The notes under the pieces were generated by a model. The model worked only from the letters and a program-made list of their open reading frames with translations, was not told the DNA's origin and made no database searches. Position numbers and translations under genes: made by a program. From the NCBI GenBank assembly GCA_021736385.1, contig JAIPFY010000001.1:9457-73456 (forward strand): a stretch of DNA of 64,000 nucleotides, in the 5' to 3' direction. Positions 1-10,008 of this stretch are shown here, in pieces. How positions within the stretch are numbered: the stretch's first letter is position 1; each line of letters begins with the position of its first letter. The stretch comes from Spirochaetia bacterium. GTDB taxonomy: Bacteria > Spirochaetota > Spirochaetia > CAKZLE01.

Positions 1-154
1 TGGTGGTCTTGCCGCAGCCCGAAGGACCCAGCAGGGTGACGAACTCCCCCTGCTCTATGGTAAGAGAGATATCATCGACAGCGGTGACCACCGAGCCTCT
101 GCCGTCTTCGAATCTCTTGGTTATATGTTTCAGCTGTAGATAGGTCTTGTTCAT
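1..154 (-). CDS. ABC transporter ATP-binding protein, N-terminal part (5' partial; gene continues beyond window start)
   Basis: Minus-strand translation reads [51 protein letters not shown] with an intact Walker A motif (GPSGCGKT). It sits immediately downstream of the fused permease gene, and ATG at 154. Confidence 0.8.
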   Translation of the reverse strand, partial: MNKTYLQLKHITKRFEDGRGSVVTAVDDISLTIEQGEFVTLLGPSGCGKTT

Positions 155-167
155 CGTGCATGCTCCT

Positions 168-1853
168 CTATTTAGTCGTACCGAATATTTGGGACTGCTT
201 CAGTCCGGTCAGTTTCATGATCGCAAAGACAAATACCAGGACCACCAGGACCAGGACGAACGACATCACCGAAGCGACACCGAGCCGCATGATCTCCGTC
301 TGTGCGAGGATCAGGACAGTAAGGTGGTTCCACTTGGCCGATACCAGGAATATGATCGCACTGATAGCAGTCATGCTTCGTACGAACGCATAGGTGGCAC
401 CTGAGAAGAACGCCGGTTTGATCAGGGGAAGGGTGACCTTCCTGAACGTATAGCTGCTCGTACCTCCGAGATTGGTCGAGGACTCCTCGATGTCATCCGA
501 TATCTGTTTCAGAGCTGCTATACCGCCCTCGATACCGATCGGGACGTTCCTGAACACATAGCAGGTGATCAGGATGAAGGCCGTACCCGACAGTCTGAAC
601 GGAGCACGGTTGAAGGCCAGGATATACCCGATCCCGACAGCAGTACCGGGGATCGCATAACTGAGCATGGAGACCATCTCGATCAGATGCTTTCCCGGGA
701 AACTCTTACGTACAGTGATGTAGGCGATCACCATACCGAGCACAGCGGTGATCGGAGTGGAGATCAGGGCCAGGACCAGGGTGTCTTTGAGCGTCTCAAG
801 TCCAACATCATAACTGTAGATGAAGTGATCGAAGGTCAGTGACCAGTTGATACCCCACAGCTTGATGAAACTTCCCGATATGATCGTCAGATAGAACAGC
901 AGGATGAAGATGGAGACCGAGGCACAGACGATGAAGATCACCACGGTGGTCGGCCGGCTGACCGATGAGGAAGACCGCCTTGAGGACTTGCCGGTGATCG
1001 TGGTGTAGGTCTTGTTCTTCATGATGTACTTCTGTATGAAGAAGACCCCGGCTGTCGGGACAAGCAGCAGGATAGCCAGTGCCGTACCCCGTGCAAGATT
1101 ACCCATGCCGGTGAATTCCATATAGGCCTGTACCGAGAGGACATCGAAATCACCGCCGATGATGATCGGATTACCGAAATCGGTCAGGGAGCTGACGAAC
1201 ACCAGCAGCCATGCGGCGAAGATACCCGGGAGAGCCAGCGGGAAGGTGACGGTCCGGAAGACCCTCCCCCGTCTGGCACCCAGATTCATCGCGCAGGTCT
1301 CCAGATCCGGGTCGATCCCCTGGAGGATACCCGAGAGGGTCATATAGGCGACGGGAAAGAGACTGATGGTCTGCACCAGGACCAGACCCTTGAGCCCGTA
1401 GATCCCATTGGTATCGAGCTGCAGGATATAGGTGGTGATCAGACCGTTCCTGCCGAAGAGCAGGATGACTGACAGGGCGAACATGAACGGTGGTGAGATC
1501 ATCGGCAGGATCGCCATCGTCTGGAAGAATCGTTTCCAGCCCAGTGCGGTCTTGGTAAGAGCGTAGGCAAAGAGAAATCCGATGGTCGTTGCCGTCGTCG
1601 CGACGATAGCTCCGAGCATCACACTGTTTCTGATCGCTCTCATATAGCGTGAGTGGGTGAATATGTACCGATAGACTTCGACAGTGGTCTCTCCGTCCTG
1701 CGTAAGACTGAGCTGCGCAGCAGCAAGGATCGGATAGGCGATGAAGAACAGCAGCAGACCAAGGATCAGCAGGACCCCGATCATGAGCGCAGGCTCACGG
1801 GTAAGCTGATGAAACCCTTTATTTCCATGTAGTGTGCGTTCGATCGTAGCCAT
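168..1853 (-). CDS. ABC transporter permease, fused two-domain (12-TM) type (Fe3+/thiamine FbpB/ThiP-like)
   Basis: 561-aa ORF with two repeated permease modules (EAA-like loops, many TM segments); this length and architecture are typical of FbpB/ThiP. ATG at 1851-1853. Confidence 0.8.
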   Translation of the reverse strand: MATIERTLHGNKGFHQLTREPALMIGVLLILGLLLFFIAYPILAAAQLSLTQDGETTVEVYRYIFTHSRYMRAIRNSVMLGAIVATTATTIGFLFAYALTKTALGWKRFFQTMAILPMISPPFMFALSVILLFGRNGLITTYILQLDTNGIYGLKGLVLVQTISLFPVAYMTLSGILQGIDPDLETCAMNLGARRGRVFRTVTFPLALPGIFAAWLLVFVSSLTDFGNPIIIGGDFDVLSVQAYMEFTGMGNLARGTALAILLLVPTAGVFFIQKYIMKNKTYTTITGKSSRRSSSSVSRPTTVVIFIVCASVSIFILLFYLTIISGSFIKLWGINWSLTFDHFIYSYDVGLETLKDTLVLALISTPITAVLGMVIAYITVRKSFPGKHLIEMVSMLSYAIPGTAVGIGYILAFNRAPFRLSGTAFILITCYVFRNVPIGIEGGIAALKQISDDIEESSTNLGGTSSYTFRKVTLPLIKPAFFSGATYAFVRSMTAISAIIFLVSAKWNHLTVLILAQTEIMRLGVASVMSFVLVLVVLVFVFAIMKLTGLKQSQIFGTTK

Positions 1854-1964
1854 ACTATGGCGCCCCCCCCGGCAGTAGATAGTCAGAGCCGTTACAGACC
1901 CTGGGGTGTCCTGAACGTACAGGGTACACAGTACCCCGTACGTTCAGTCATATACATATATGGA

Positions 1965-2996
1965 TCATTTCTTGGGTTCGGTTCTCTCTTCTCCGCCGAT
2001 GACAGCGTTCCACTTCTCAACAAGACGAGTCTTGTTCGCAGCGGCCCACTCGTCATCCTGCATGATGGTGTTCACCTTGGAGATCGGCATGGCACCTTTT
2101 GCAAGAGGGACATCTACGAACGGTACGACGAACTTCGTGGCATAGATCTTCGCAGCGGTCTCACCCAATGACCAGTCGATCAGCGTCTTTGCCGCATCCA
2201 GCTCATCAGCAGGGCCGTTCTTGATCATGGAGATCGATGCGACCTCATAACCGGTACCTTCACTGGGGAAGGTGATCTCAAGAGGATACCCCTGGTCGAC
2301 AAGACGTACAGCATCGTGAGCATACCCGATAGCTATGGTCACTTCTCCGATACTTGCATTCTTACCAGGTGCTGAACCTGATCGGGTGTACTGGGTGATG
2401 TTGTTATCGAGTTTTCTCAGCAGATCGAAGGCCTGCTCCTCTCCATAGATCTGTACCAGAGTAGCCAGGACATTATAGGAGGTACCTGATGATCCGGGAT
2501 TGGCCATCTGAACGTGTCCGGTGTACTTGGGATCACAGATCTCTTCCCAGGAGGTAGGAGCGGTAAGTCCGAACTTCTCCAGCGATCGGGTATTGCTCTC
2601 GAAACAGAGCGGACCTGCATAGATTCCCGACCAGTAGAATTCAGGGTCTCTGAACTGTGCGGGCATCGTCGCAGCAGGTGATTCATAGGGAGTCGTCAGA
2701 CCTTTCTGTTTTGCTTCGATATGGCCCAGTCCGACACCGCCGTACCAGACACTTGCCTGGGGGTTTGCCTGTTCTGCTTCCAGACGGGCTGTCGCTTCGC
2801 CGGTTGACAGACGTACCCACTCGACTGAGATCCCGGTCTCTTCTTCGAATGCCTTGAAGACATCTCTGGCAAGTTCCTCATCCAGCGTGGTATATGCAGT
2901 CACTGATGTTCCCGCTTCCTGTGCCCCTCCTGCAAACAGGGTCCCGGTGAACAGTACAAGAACAAGTACCAGGGAAATAAGCACTTTCTTATTCAT
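1965..2996 (-). CDS. ABC transporter extracellular solute-binding protein (family 1; Fe3+/thiamine/polyamine-like)
   Basis: The ORF-track start is probably too early; MNKKVLISLVLVLVLFTGTLFAGGAQEAG is a signal peptide preceded by GGAGGAAtcag-ATG. It forms an operon with the permease and ATPase. Confidence 0.75.
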   Translation of the reverse strand: MNKKVLISLVLVLVLFTGTLFAGGAQEAGTSVTAYTTLDEELARDVFKAFEEETGISVEWVRLSTGEATARLEAEQANPQASVWYGGVGLGHIEAKQKGLTTPYESPAATMPAQFRDPEFYWSGIYAGPLCFESNTRSLEKFGLTAPTSWEEICDPKYTGHVQMANPGSSGTSYNVLATLVQIYGEEQAFDLLRKLDNNITQYTRSGSAPGKNASIGEVTIAIGYAHDAVRLVDQGYPLEITFPSEGTGYEVASISMIKNGPADELDAAKTLIDWSLGETAAKIYATKFVVPFVDVPLAKGAMPISKVNTIMQDDEWAAANKTRLVEKWNAVIGGEERTEPKK

Positions 2997-3186
2997 TCTG
3001 ATTCCTCCATGTTTTTTTCTTTGAACTATACTCATTGTAAGGAGGGTTATGCAGGATAACAAGAAACAAAACAGTAACAAATAGTTACAAAACAGGGACA
3101 TACCAGAACAACACGGCTGATGTTCTCTGTATGTACACGGGCTGGATACTCAGCGATTTCCGGTACGGGGATCTCGGAGACCGCTC

Positions 3187-3888
3187 TCACAGGGAATCGG
3201 CATACTCCAGTTTCAGCAGTCGATAGCCCCTGCCCCATGCATTCATGATATAGACCGGTTCTGAGGGATCAAGCTCGATCTTCTTACGCAGACGCCTGAT
3301 GTTCACCTTCACCAGTTCATGCCCCCCTTCCCAGTCACGAGACCCCCACACCTCACTGCAGATGACCTGCCAGGAGACGATCCTGTCGAGGCTTTCAGCG
3401 AGCGTCCGCAGGATGCTGAACTCTATGGGGGTCAGCTCAAGCACCGTACCGGACCGGGAGACCCGCTCCTTCGTGAGGTCTATCATCAGATCTCCGGTGG
3501 TCACCAGCAGGGTCTCATCCCGTTCGGGAGCCCTCTTGAGCAGGTTCCCTGCTCTGAGGAGCACCTCACGGTGGTTGAACGGTTTCTTGATATAATCATC
3601 AGCCCCGAGTTCCAGGCCGGAGATCACATCATCATCCTTGTCCCGTGAACTGAGCATGATCACCGGAAGGACCATATGCTCCTTGATCCGGTTGCACAGC
3701 TGCAGACCGTCGATCCCGGGCAGGTTGATATCGAGGATGACCAGATCGACCTGCTGTGTGCAGATCAGATCCCAGCCCTCTTCTGCCGTGGCTGAGGAGA
3801 GGACCGAATACCCCTCATCTTCGAAGACGTATGCCAGAAGGGATACGATATGGGGATCATCCTCTATGATCATGATAGTCTGTCTCAT
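3187..3888 (-). CDS. OmpR-family response regulator (REC + winged-helix)
   Basis: MRQTIMIIEDDPHIVSLL...DLVILDINLPGIDGL receiver with a C-terminal trans_reg_C-like region (RVSRSGTVLELTPIEFSIL). Its ATG overlaps the upstream kinase stop (ATGA); the ORF-track start at 3900 is a GTG. Confidence 0.85.
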   Translation of the reverse strand: MRQTIMIIEDDPHIVSLLAYVFEDEGYSVLSSATAEEGWDLICTQQVDLVILDINLPGIDGLQLCNRIKEHMVLPVIMLSSRDKDDDVISGLELGADDYIKKPFNHREVLLRAGNLLKRAPERDETLLVTTGDLMIDLTKERVSRSGTVLELTPIEFSILRTLAESLDRIVSWQVICSEVWGSRDWEGGHELVKVNIRRLRKKIELDPSEPVYIMNAWGRGYRLLKLEYADSL

Positions 3889-5066
3889 ACTGTTACACAC
3901 TCCTTGGGCAGGGTGAAGGAGACGATGGTGCCGTGTCCGGCTGATGAGCTGATATAGACCTTCCCATCGTGCTTCTCTATGATGTCCCGGACGATAGCGA
4001 GCCCGAGACCGGCACCGTTGCCGATATCGTTCTTCGTATCAGTCCCCTGAAAGAACTCATCAAAGATCATCGGCCGTTCCCTGCGGTCTATCCCGCTGCC
4101 ATTGTCGCTCACCGAGACCACGACACACAGCTCGTTCTGCTTGACACTCACCAGGATCGAACCTCCCGGACCGACATGCTTGCTCGAGTTATGGATGAGG
4201 TTGATCATGACCTGCTCGATCCACTTATCGTCTGCCAGGACATGATCTATCGTGTTGGAGAAGGCATACCGCACCTCCTGCCTCTGATCATCAAGGAAGG
4301 GGCCCATATTCCGTATGACCCTGCGGATGACCGTGCGGATATCCATCTGCTGTTTCTCCAGCGAGAACAGCGTATGTTCCACCTTGATCTGTGCGAGGAT
4401 GTTCTCTACCAGCCGTATCATCCGACGGACATTGGCATGAGTGGAGTCCAGGAATCTCTTCTGAGTCTCGTTCACGTCTCCCGGGCGCCCCTCCTGCAGG
4501 ATCTCTGTGGATGTCTGTATCACCGTCAGCGGTGTACGCAGTTCATGGGCAAGAGTGGAGAGCAGCTTGTTCTTGTTCTGGATCTGCAGCAGATGGGTCC
4601 TGCGTTCCTGTTCCATGACCTTCAGCTCCTGTCGTTCCTGCTTTGACAGGATGATACCTGCACAGAGGGCTATCCCGAGTCCGATCAGGTATGTTCCGCG
4701 CCCTGAAGCTGTGTACCAGGGGATACAGACAAGCACTGCTGCAGCAGTGAACAGGTATGCAAAGCCCCTAGGAACAGCCCGGTGTACCCGATAGACCCAG
4801 AGGGGGAGGAATATGAGTGCATACAGGGGATAGAGGAACTGCACAGAACAAGCCATCAATGGCAGTTCGAGGACCAGGCAGACAGGATAGGCATAGGAGT
4901 GTCCGCGCAGATACTTCACAGATAACGCGGTGCAGATGGCAAGCAGTGCCAGATAGCTGAGGATAAGCAGGGTCACCGTGACAGACTGATCGTGATCATA
5001 GATCAGCAGCAGGACCAGAGAGACAATTTCCAACTGTATCAGGTGGATATCTGTACGTTTCAGCAT
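3885..5066 (-). CDS. Membrane sensor histidine kinase (HisKA + HATPase_c)
   Basis: N-terminal multi-TM region, H-box LAHELRTPLT, and N/G boxes (DNGSGI, GAGLGLAIV). Translationally coupled to the response regulator. Confidence 0.85.
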   Translation of the reverse strand: MLKRTDIHLIQLEIVSLVLLLIYDHDQSVTVTLLILSYLALLAICTALSVKYLRGHSYAYPVCLVLELPLMACSVQFLYPLYALIFLPLWVYRVHRAVPRGFAYLFTAAAVLVCIPWYTASGRGTYLIGLGIALCAGIILSKQERQELKVMEQERRTHLLQIQNKNKLLSTLAHELRTPLTVIQTSTEILQEGRPGDVNETQKRFLDSTHANVRRMIRLVENILAQIKVEHTLFSLEKQQMDIRTVIRRVIRNMGPFLDDQRQEVRYAFSNTIDHVLADDKWIEQVMINLIHNSSKHVGPGGSILVSVKQNELCVVVSVSDNGSGIDRRERPMIFDEFFQGTDTKNDIGNGAGLGLAIVRDIIEKHDGKVYISSSAGHGTIVSFTLPKECVTV

Positions 5067-5167
5067 CTACGATGATTGTACAACAGGGAAGAGGAAAAAC
5101 AAAGGACAACCTGCATCCACATCATCAGCTGAGGGCAGGTTGTCCTTTCTACAGGCAGGTGAACCAG

Positions 5168-6037
5168 TTATTCAGCCTGTCGTGAGAAGGAGTCAAAATC
5201 GACTATATGGCTATCCTCTCCGAGTTCTTCAAAGAGTATCTCAGCGTACTTCCGGAACTGGTCGAGTTCTGTGATCTGAAAGAACACCTTCAGGTCACTG
5301 TTCAGCTCGTTGATCAGTTCTGCCCGCACGGAATAGAGATCGGTATCTATCTGCTTCCACCAGTCGTTCGGATGTCCGTCGGTGATGAAGATCGCCGGGA
5401 GTCGACACTTCTTGATATGCTGCAGGATCTGTTTCCATTGGATCAGAGAACTGTACTGTTTCAGTCCGGTCTCCTCGGGATGGATGAAGGGAGGCATCAT
5501 ATAGGCAGCACGTGTTTCAGCCTCTTTCTCCAAGCCTTCGATGCTCTGATAGGAAAGCGGTGCACCGATTCGATCCTCCACTATGATATCAGAGAGCTGT
5601 TCGAGAATCTCATCTGTTTCCGAAGAGATATGCCCATTGATACTCTCAAGGAGTACCTGCTGAAAGGATCGCATCGATCGCTCGATATCCTTCATCTGTT
5701 CAGTCAGACCTGAGATCACAGGATTGCAGCTATTCTGGACCATGCCTTTGAGGTTCTTGATCTCCAGTTCCATGGCTTCTTTGAGCTTCTGACATTCCTG
5801 TCGTTCCTCAGCGATCACATATTCACGTTTATCAAGATAGACCTTCGCCACCTGGTAGGGGATCCAGATCTTGGGTGACAGGGTATCAAGTAATTCGATG
5901 ATGCGCGAGACCTCTTCAGGTTTCTTGTGGTAGAGGGATAGGAAGACACTGGTATCGAGAATGAAGATAAAATCCTTCCAGTGTTCTCTGTATTCAGGTA
6001 CACCAGCTTCAAAACTTCCAGGGAACATGGTTTTCAT
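5168..6037 (-). CDS. Hypothetical protein with PIN-like nuclease-type motifs (possible DUF4935-like)
   Basis: A start at MKTMFPG (ATG 6037, GAGG RBS) is preferred over the GTG at 6058. The N-terminus FIFILDTSVFLSLY resembles PIN strand 1 with a conserved Asp. An acidic cluster ITDGHPNDWW lies near the C-terminus with a long helical insert between. There is no neighbouring toxin/antitoxin partner. Confidence 0.45.
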   Translation of the reverse strand: MKTMFPGSFEAGVPEYREHWKDFIFILDTSVFLSLYHKKPEEVSRIIELLDTLSPKIWIPYQVAKVYLDKREYVIAEERQECQKLKEAMELEIKNLKGMVQNSCNPVISGLTEQMKDIERSMRSFQQVLLESINGHISSETDEILEQLSDIIVEDRIGAPLSYQSIEGLEKEAETRAAYMMPPFIHPEETGLKQYSSLIQWKQILQHIKKCRLPAIFITDGHPNDWWKQIDTDLYSVRAELINELNSDLKVFFQITELDQFRKYAEILFEELGEDSHIVDFDSFSRQAE

Positions 6038-6167
6038 AGCAGCCTCAATCTTTTTCACTTTCAGTTTTTACTTTTTGTGCTTGTGTACATAAGATTATAG
6101 CGTATGAAGACACGAAGTCAAGAGAATCTGTACTGAAAAACACCTATTTGAGTGAGTCACTTACCAT

Positions 6168-6300
6168 ATCACTCATAGTCACCGAACCGCTATACACAGG
6201 ATAGCTGTCATGAACCTCAATGACTGCCTGAGAAGACACTGTGCATCCTCGAAGATGCCTTCCAGCGAGTCGATCGGAATCCCGGGGAGCCTCCCCAGAG
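6168..6300 (+). repeat. 133-bp repeat, copy A (direct repeat of 15322-15455; 2 mismatches)
   Basis: Direct comparison of the two regions: atcactcatagtcaccgaaccgctatac(a/g)caggatagctgtcatgaacctcaatgactgcctgagaagacactgtgcatcctcgaagatgccttcca(g/a)cgagtcgatcggaatcccggggagcctccccagag. It contains the palindrome GGGGAGCCTCCCC. Confidence 0.85.
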
Positions 6301-6529
6301 CTTTTCGTTTGTAGCTAAAGCCTAATCATACAATATCAGAAAAGTAGAACCATAACATGGCATTCATCAAAGTGCAAAAACTGGTATGAGATTCAGGCGG
6401 TAGTATCAGATCGGGAAGTGCTTCAATCATGACTACCGAATACGACAGGTCTATCAAGGGTTCCTCTCGCTAATGTACCATAGAGAAGCTTGGGATGATC
6501 CTATCTATCGATGAGAAAGGAATAAAGGG

Positions 6530-7550
6530 GTGTTCCTCTCGCCTGCCAGAGGACTTGTTGCCTATGATTCAGCTACGGATTCCTTTACATCTGTAGAGCC
6601 CGATGATGCCCGCATCAAGGGTCTTGATCTATTCCCAGAACCAGAGATTCACACGGTGTTCGGTGATGTATATCTTCTTCTTGCAGTGTGTAAAACATCA
6701 GGTCTTCTGGAGGTGCTCAGAACTACTGTTTCACAAGATACGGACTATGAGCGGGTTCTTTCTCACCTGCTTCACGCAGTTCTCCAGGATAGATCGAAGA
6801 TCTCCTGTGATGACTTCATAGGGAAGTATTTCGCATCCTACCTGTTTCGGCAGTTCCCTACCGGATCTCTTGGGAGTGATACGCTCTACTTCTCGATGAT
6901 GGGAGAAGATCACAGCAGACTATCCTTCTTCAGGACGTTTGTCTCCTACATAAGAAAGGACGATCCAGGGTTCGGTACCGGGTGCTGCGTGAACTCTACC
7001 CCATTGCCCAATATGTTCAATAACAACCCTTTCAATGCCCTGAAAGGGAGCCCGGAACTATCGGTTGAATCACCAAGAGCACTACCTGAAGATGACTGAT
7101 AGGGATAAGAACTGGTATGCAGTACGGTTTGGGTTCTTCATCTTGCTTTCCACAGAGCTCAAGGAACCGGATACAAAGCTTGATGATTACTTCGGCAGGA
7201 CTCGGATCTAGACCGTCTTCAAAACAAGTAAAGAATACCTTGATCTTCTACCGCTCTCAAAATGGTCAGATCTTACGATCAGAGGGAAGTTGCTGTCTGA
7301 TATGATATCGACGATCGTCTTTCTTCAGCTCCGAAAGACACTCTTGGGACCTGGGATCTCGACCCGCACGTTGATAGAGAACACCCAATCGCTCATATGT
7401 ATGAAGAAACGGGATGGTACCGTGATCGTTAAAGTCCCAAACAAGCAGGTAAAGAAATTCTACCATGATCTGAAGGTGAAGATCCCTTCGTTTATAGATC
7501 TGGAGAAGTACAGATCTGAGACTTTGGGGCTTGATACCAAGAAAAGCTGA
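6530..7550 (+). pseudogene. Decayed transposase gene (IS1634/IS4-like), split over three reading frames
   Basis: Three consecutive ORFs occupy frames 2, 1 and 3 (6530-7099, 7117-7305, 7290-7550). FGDVYLLLAVCKTSGLLEVL resembles the conserved N-terminal IS1634-family motif, and the C-terminal piece resembles IS1634 tails. The region is AT-rich relative to its surroundings. Confidence 0.45.
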
Positions 7551-7654
7551 GTTCCCAGTATGGTTCTACTTTCGTGTGTATCGCAGGCTGAACGACCAAA
7601 GAAACATCAAATAGAATAAAAAGAACAAATAGAACAATATTTAATTATTTTTCC

Positions 7655-7683
7655 TTGACTGCTTTCACGAATGACCATAAACT
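7655..7683 (+). promoter_or_regulatory. Candidate sigma70-type promoter for the URO-D-like/ABC operon (-35 TTGACT, 17-nt spacer, -10 TAAACT)
   Basis: TTGACT at 7655-7660 and TAAACT at 7678-7683, followed by an AACTAAC tandem/palindromic tract. This is ~55 nt upstream of the ATG at 7739. Confidence 0.35.
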
Positions 7684-7738
7684 AACAACTAACAACTAGT
7701 AGTTAGTAGTAAGTTTAAGAAGTGAACTGAGGTAAACA

Positions 7739-8920
7739 ATGGATACTGCATCAATAAAGAGACCTAATCAGAATGATAAAGTGATGGAAATCATTCTTGA
7801 AGAACATAGAAAACTCGATATTACGAGAAAGATGGTAGTCAAACGAGAAGAGTACCTGGACTATGTGACTTTCAAATCAAATAATAGAACCCTCTATCGT
7901 GAGACCCTGGGACCCCTTAATGGAGTCAAAGAGCTTTGGACTGAAGAGGGAGCTACTCCTGATCAACTCGATTTCTCAGCTTTTGATTTTAATGAAGCAC
8001 TTTTTCACGATTGTGGAGCTTTTACCGGCTACTATGGTCCAGATCAGTCTTCGATCATCTCAAATTCTGAGACAGATCTTTACTACACCAACTATATGGG
8101 TATCAAACACAGATTGATCAAAAAGAGTTCTACTTTAGGACATCCACTTGATTGGCCAATACGAGATAGAGATGACTGGAAGGAGGTAAAGAATTTCTAT
8201 ACCTACTGTGAAGGAAGAATCCCTGAAAACATGGCTGAGATCGCTGAAGAAAAGCGAAAAGAGGGTTATGTCATCATGGCAGGGATGCCTGGTGGATTTG
8301 ATGAGATCAGAGTACTTCTCGGTGATGAACAGGCTCTGATCGGACCCTACCTTGATCCAGATCTGATCCATGAGATCCTTGATACTATTGGAGAGACTGC
8401 TTCCCGGGTCCTTGATGAGGTTTCAAAGCAGATAGTCATCGATGAAATCCTCGTTCATGAGGATATGGCTGGTAAGAGTGGACCTCTATGGGGACCTTCT
8501 CAGGTCGAGGAGTTCATGCTTCCCTATTATCAGCGATGTTTCAATGTCGTGAGAGACCGGGGAACAAGAGTCTTCAATATGGATAGTGACGGAGATTGTA
8601 ATGCGATCATCCCGAGCCTGATAAAAGCTGGGATCAATATGTTTCATCCATGTGAACCTGAATCAAACATGGATATAGTAGAACTGCTCAAGACTAACGG
8701 TCATACACTGGCAGTTGAGGGCGGGATCGATAAATATACCCTTCTTCAGGGGAAAGATGCGATAGAGCAAGAGCTCGAACGTGTTGTGCCTTTCGTCGTG
8801 AAGCATGGTGGTGGTGTATTGAGTCTGGATCACAGGATACCGAACGGGGTTCACTTGGATAATTATCTCTATTATCTGAGACGACTACAGGAAATAATTG
8901 CTCGAGAGAGAGCTAATTAG
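7739..8920 (+). CDS. Uroporphyrinogen decarboxylase (URO-D)-family protein (MtaA/CmuA-like fold), function unknown
   Basis: 393 aa with GAGG RBS. C-terminal half motifs (PGGFDEIRVLLGDEQ, NMFHPCEPESNMD, GGGVLSLDHRIP) fit the URO-D-like TIM-barrel family, which is often found next to sugar transporters. Confidence 0.55.
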   Translation: MDTASIKRPNQNDKVMEIILEEHRKLDITRKMVVKREEYLDYVTFKSNNRTLYRETLGPLNGVKELWTEEGATPDQLDFSAFDFNEALFHDCGAFTGYYGPDQSSIISNSETDLYYTNYMGIKHRLIKKSSTLGHPLDWPIRDRDDWKEVKNFYTYCEGRIPENMAEIAEEKRKEGYVIMAGMPGGFDEIRVLLGDEQALIGPYLDPDLIHEILDTIGETASRVLDEVSKQIVIDEILVHEDMAGKSGPLWGPSQVEEFMLPYYQRCFNVVRDRGTRVFNMDSDGDCNAIIPSLIKAGINMFHPCEPESNMDIVELLKTNGHTLAVEGGIDKYTLLQGKDAIEQELERVVPFVVKHGGGVLSLDHRIPNGVHLDNYLYYLRRLQEIIARERAN

Positions 8921-8946
8921 TTATATAATGAAAAAGGAGAACGAGT

Positions 8947-9918
8947 ATGAGAAAAGGTTATCGTGTACTGTTGGTATGTTTGGTAATGTTGGCTGTTGCA
9001 GCAATGGGTTTTGCACAGGGACAAAGTGAAGAGGAACAAACCTCCTATAGAATAGGTTATATCCCATCACTATTAGGTCATCCAGTAACTATAGCTTGGC
9101 AGACAGGAATTGAAAGATATATAGCAGCAACAGGCGAAGACATAGTCTTACAGGCATATGATGCAGAGGGAAGAGCTGATTCTCAGGTCACCATGATGCA
9201 GGAATTGATCAACCAGAATGTTGATGCGATCATTTTACAGCCAGTAGATGCTGCAGGATTATCTGCATCAGTGATGGCTGCAGAGAATGCAGGGATCCCT
9301 GTTATCACTCTGAACACACCAGTTAAAGTCTCACATACTGCACTCGTACAGATGGCAGATATCGAAGCTGGGTACATGGTTGGTGAAGAGCTTGGAAAGA
9401 GTATCGGTGGAAAAGGTAATGTAGTTATCATTCAGTCACCTCCAGGAGCTACTTTAGGAGTAAACAGAGAGATGGGCTTTAGACAGGCTATCGAAGAACT
9501 CTATCCTGAGATCGCTATCGTTGGTGCACAGAATGCAGAATGGAAAAGAGACAAGGCTATCACTGTCATGAACAGTTTTCTTCAGGCAAACGACAGTATC
9601 AGCGGTGTATTCGCTGTAAATGATACTATGGCTGCAGGAGCGGTTATTGCAGCTGAATCAGCAGGACGACTTGAAGAAATCAAGATCTGGGGTGCTAATG
9701 GACAGGGTGAAGCTCTGACTATGATCGAACAGGGAAGACTTGCAGGTACTGCATACAACAACTGTTACGATCAGGGTGGAAGAGCTATGGATATTGCATG
9801 GGATGTTATCAATGGAAATACTGCAGAGTATGGTGATGATACGTTTATCGTGAAGATCGATCCCTTCCCTGCACAGGAATCTACAATCGCGGAGATAACT
9901 CCTGAGAATCGTTGGTAG
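8947..9918 (+). CDS. Sugar ABC transporter periplasmic substrate-binding protein (CUT2/ribose-binding-protein-like)
   Basis: Signal peptide MRKGYRVLLVCLVMLAVAAMGFA and a Peripla_BP_4-like sequence (VDAIILQPVDAAG, GIPVITLN). First gene of an SBP-permease-ATPase-permease unit. Confidence 0.8.
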   Translation: MRKGYRVLLVCLVMLAVAAMGFAQGQSEEEQTSYRIGYIPSLLGHPVTIAWQTGIERYIAATGEDIVLQAYDAEGRADSQVTMMQELINQNVDAIILQPVDAAGLSASVMAAENAGIPVITLNTPVKVSHTALVQMADIEAGYMVGEELGKSIGGKGNVVIIQSPPGATLGVNREMGFRQAIEELYPEIAIVGAQNAEWKRDKAITVMNSFLQANDSISGVFAVNDTMAAGAVIAAESAGRLEEIKIWGANGQGEALTMIEQGRLAGTAYNNCYDQGGRAMDIAWDVINGNTAEYGDDTFIVKIDPFPAQESTIAEITPENRW

Positions 9919-10008
9919 TCTCTAGGTAACTCATAGAAGATACATACTAGTCATGGTCAGCTTTAGCTGCTGATCATGACTATATATAAAATGATTGAGG
10001 TTTAGGTA

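Noticed and set aside
3030-3062. GTAAC-aaata-GTTAC inverted repeat upstream of the Fe3+/thiamine-type ABC operon as a Fur box
   Set aside because: Only a 5-bp palindrome in AT-rich DNA, with no good match to the Fur consensus GATAATGATAATCATTATC.
6357-6389. Short ORF MAFIKVQKLV-stop after repeat copy A
   Set aside because: At 10 codons it is most likely the mutated original start of the decayed IS1634-like transposase rather than a gene.
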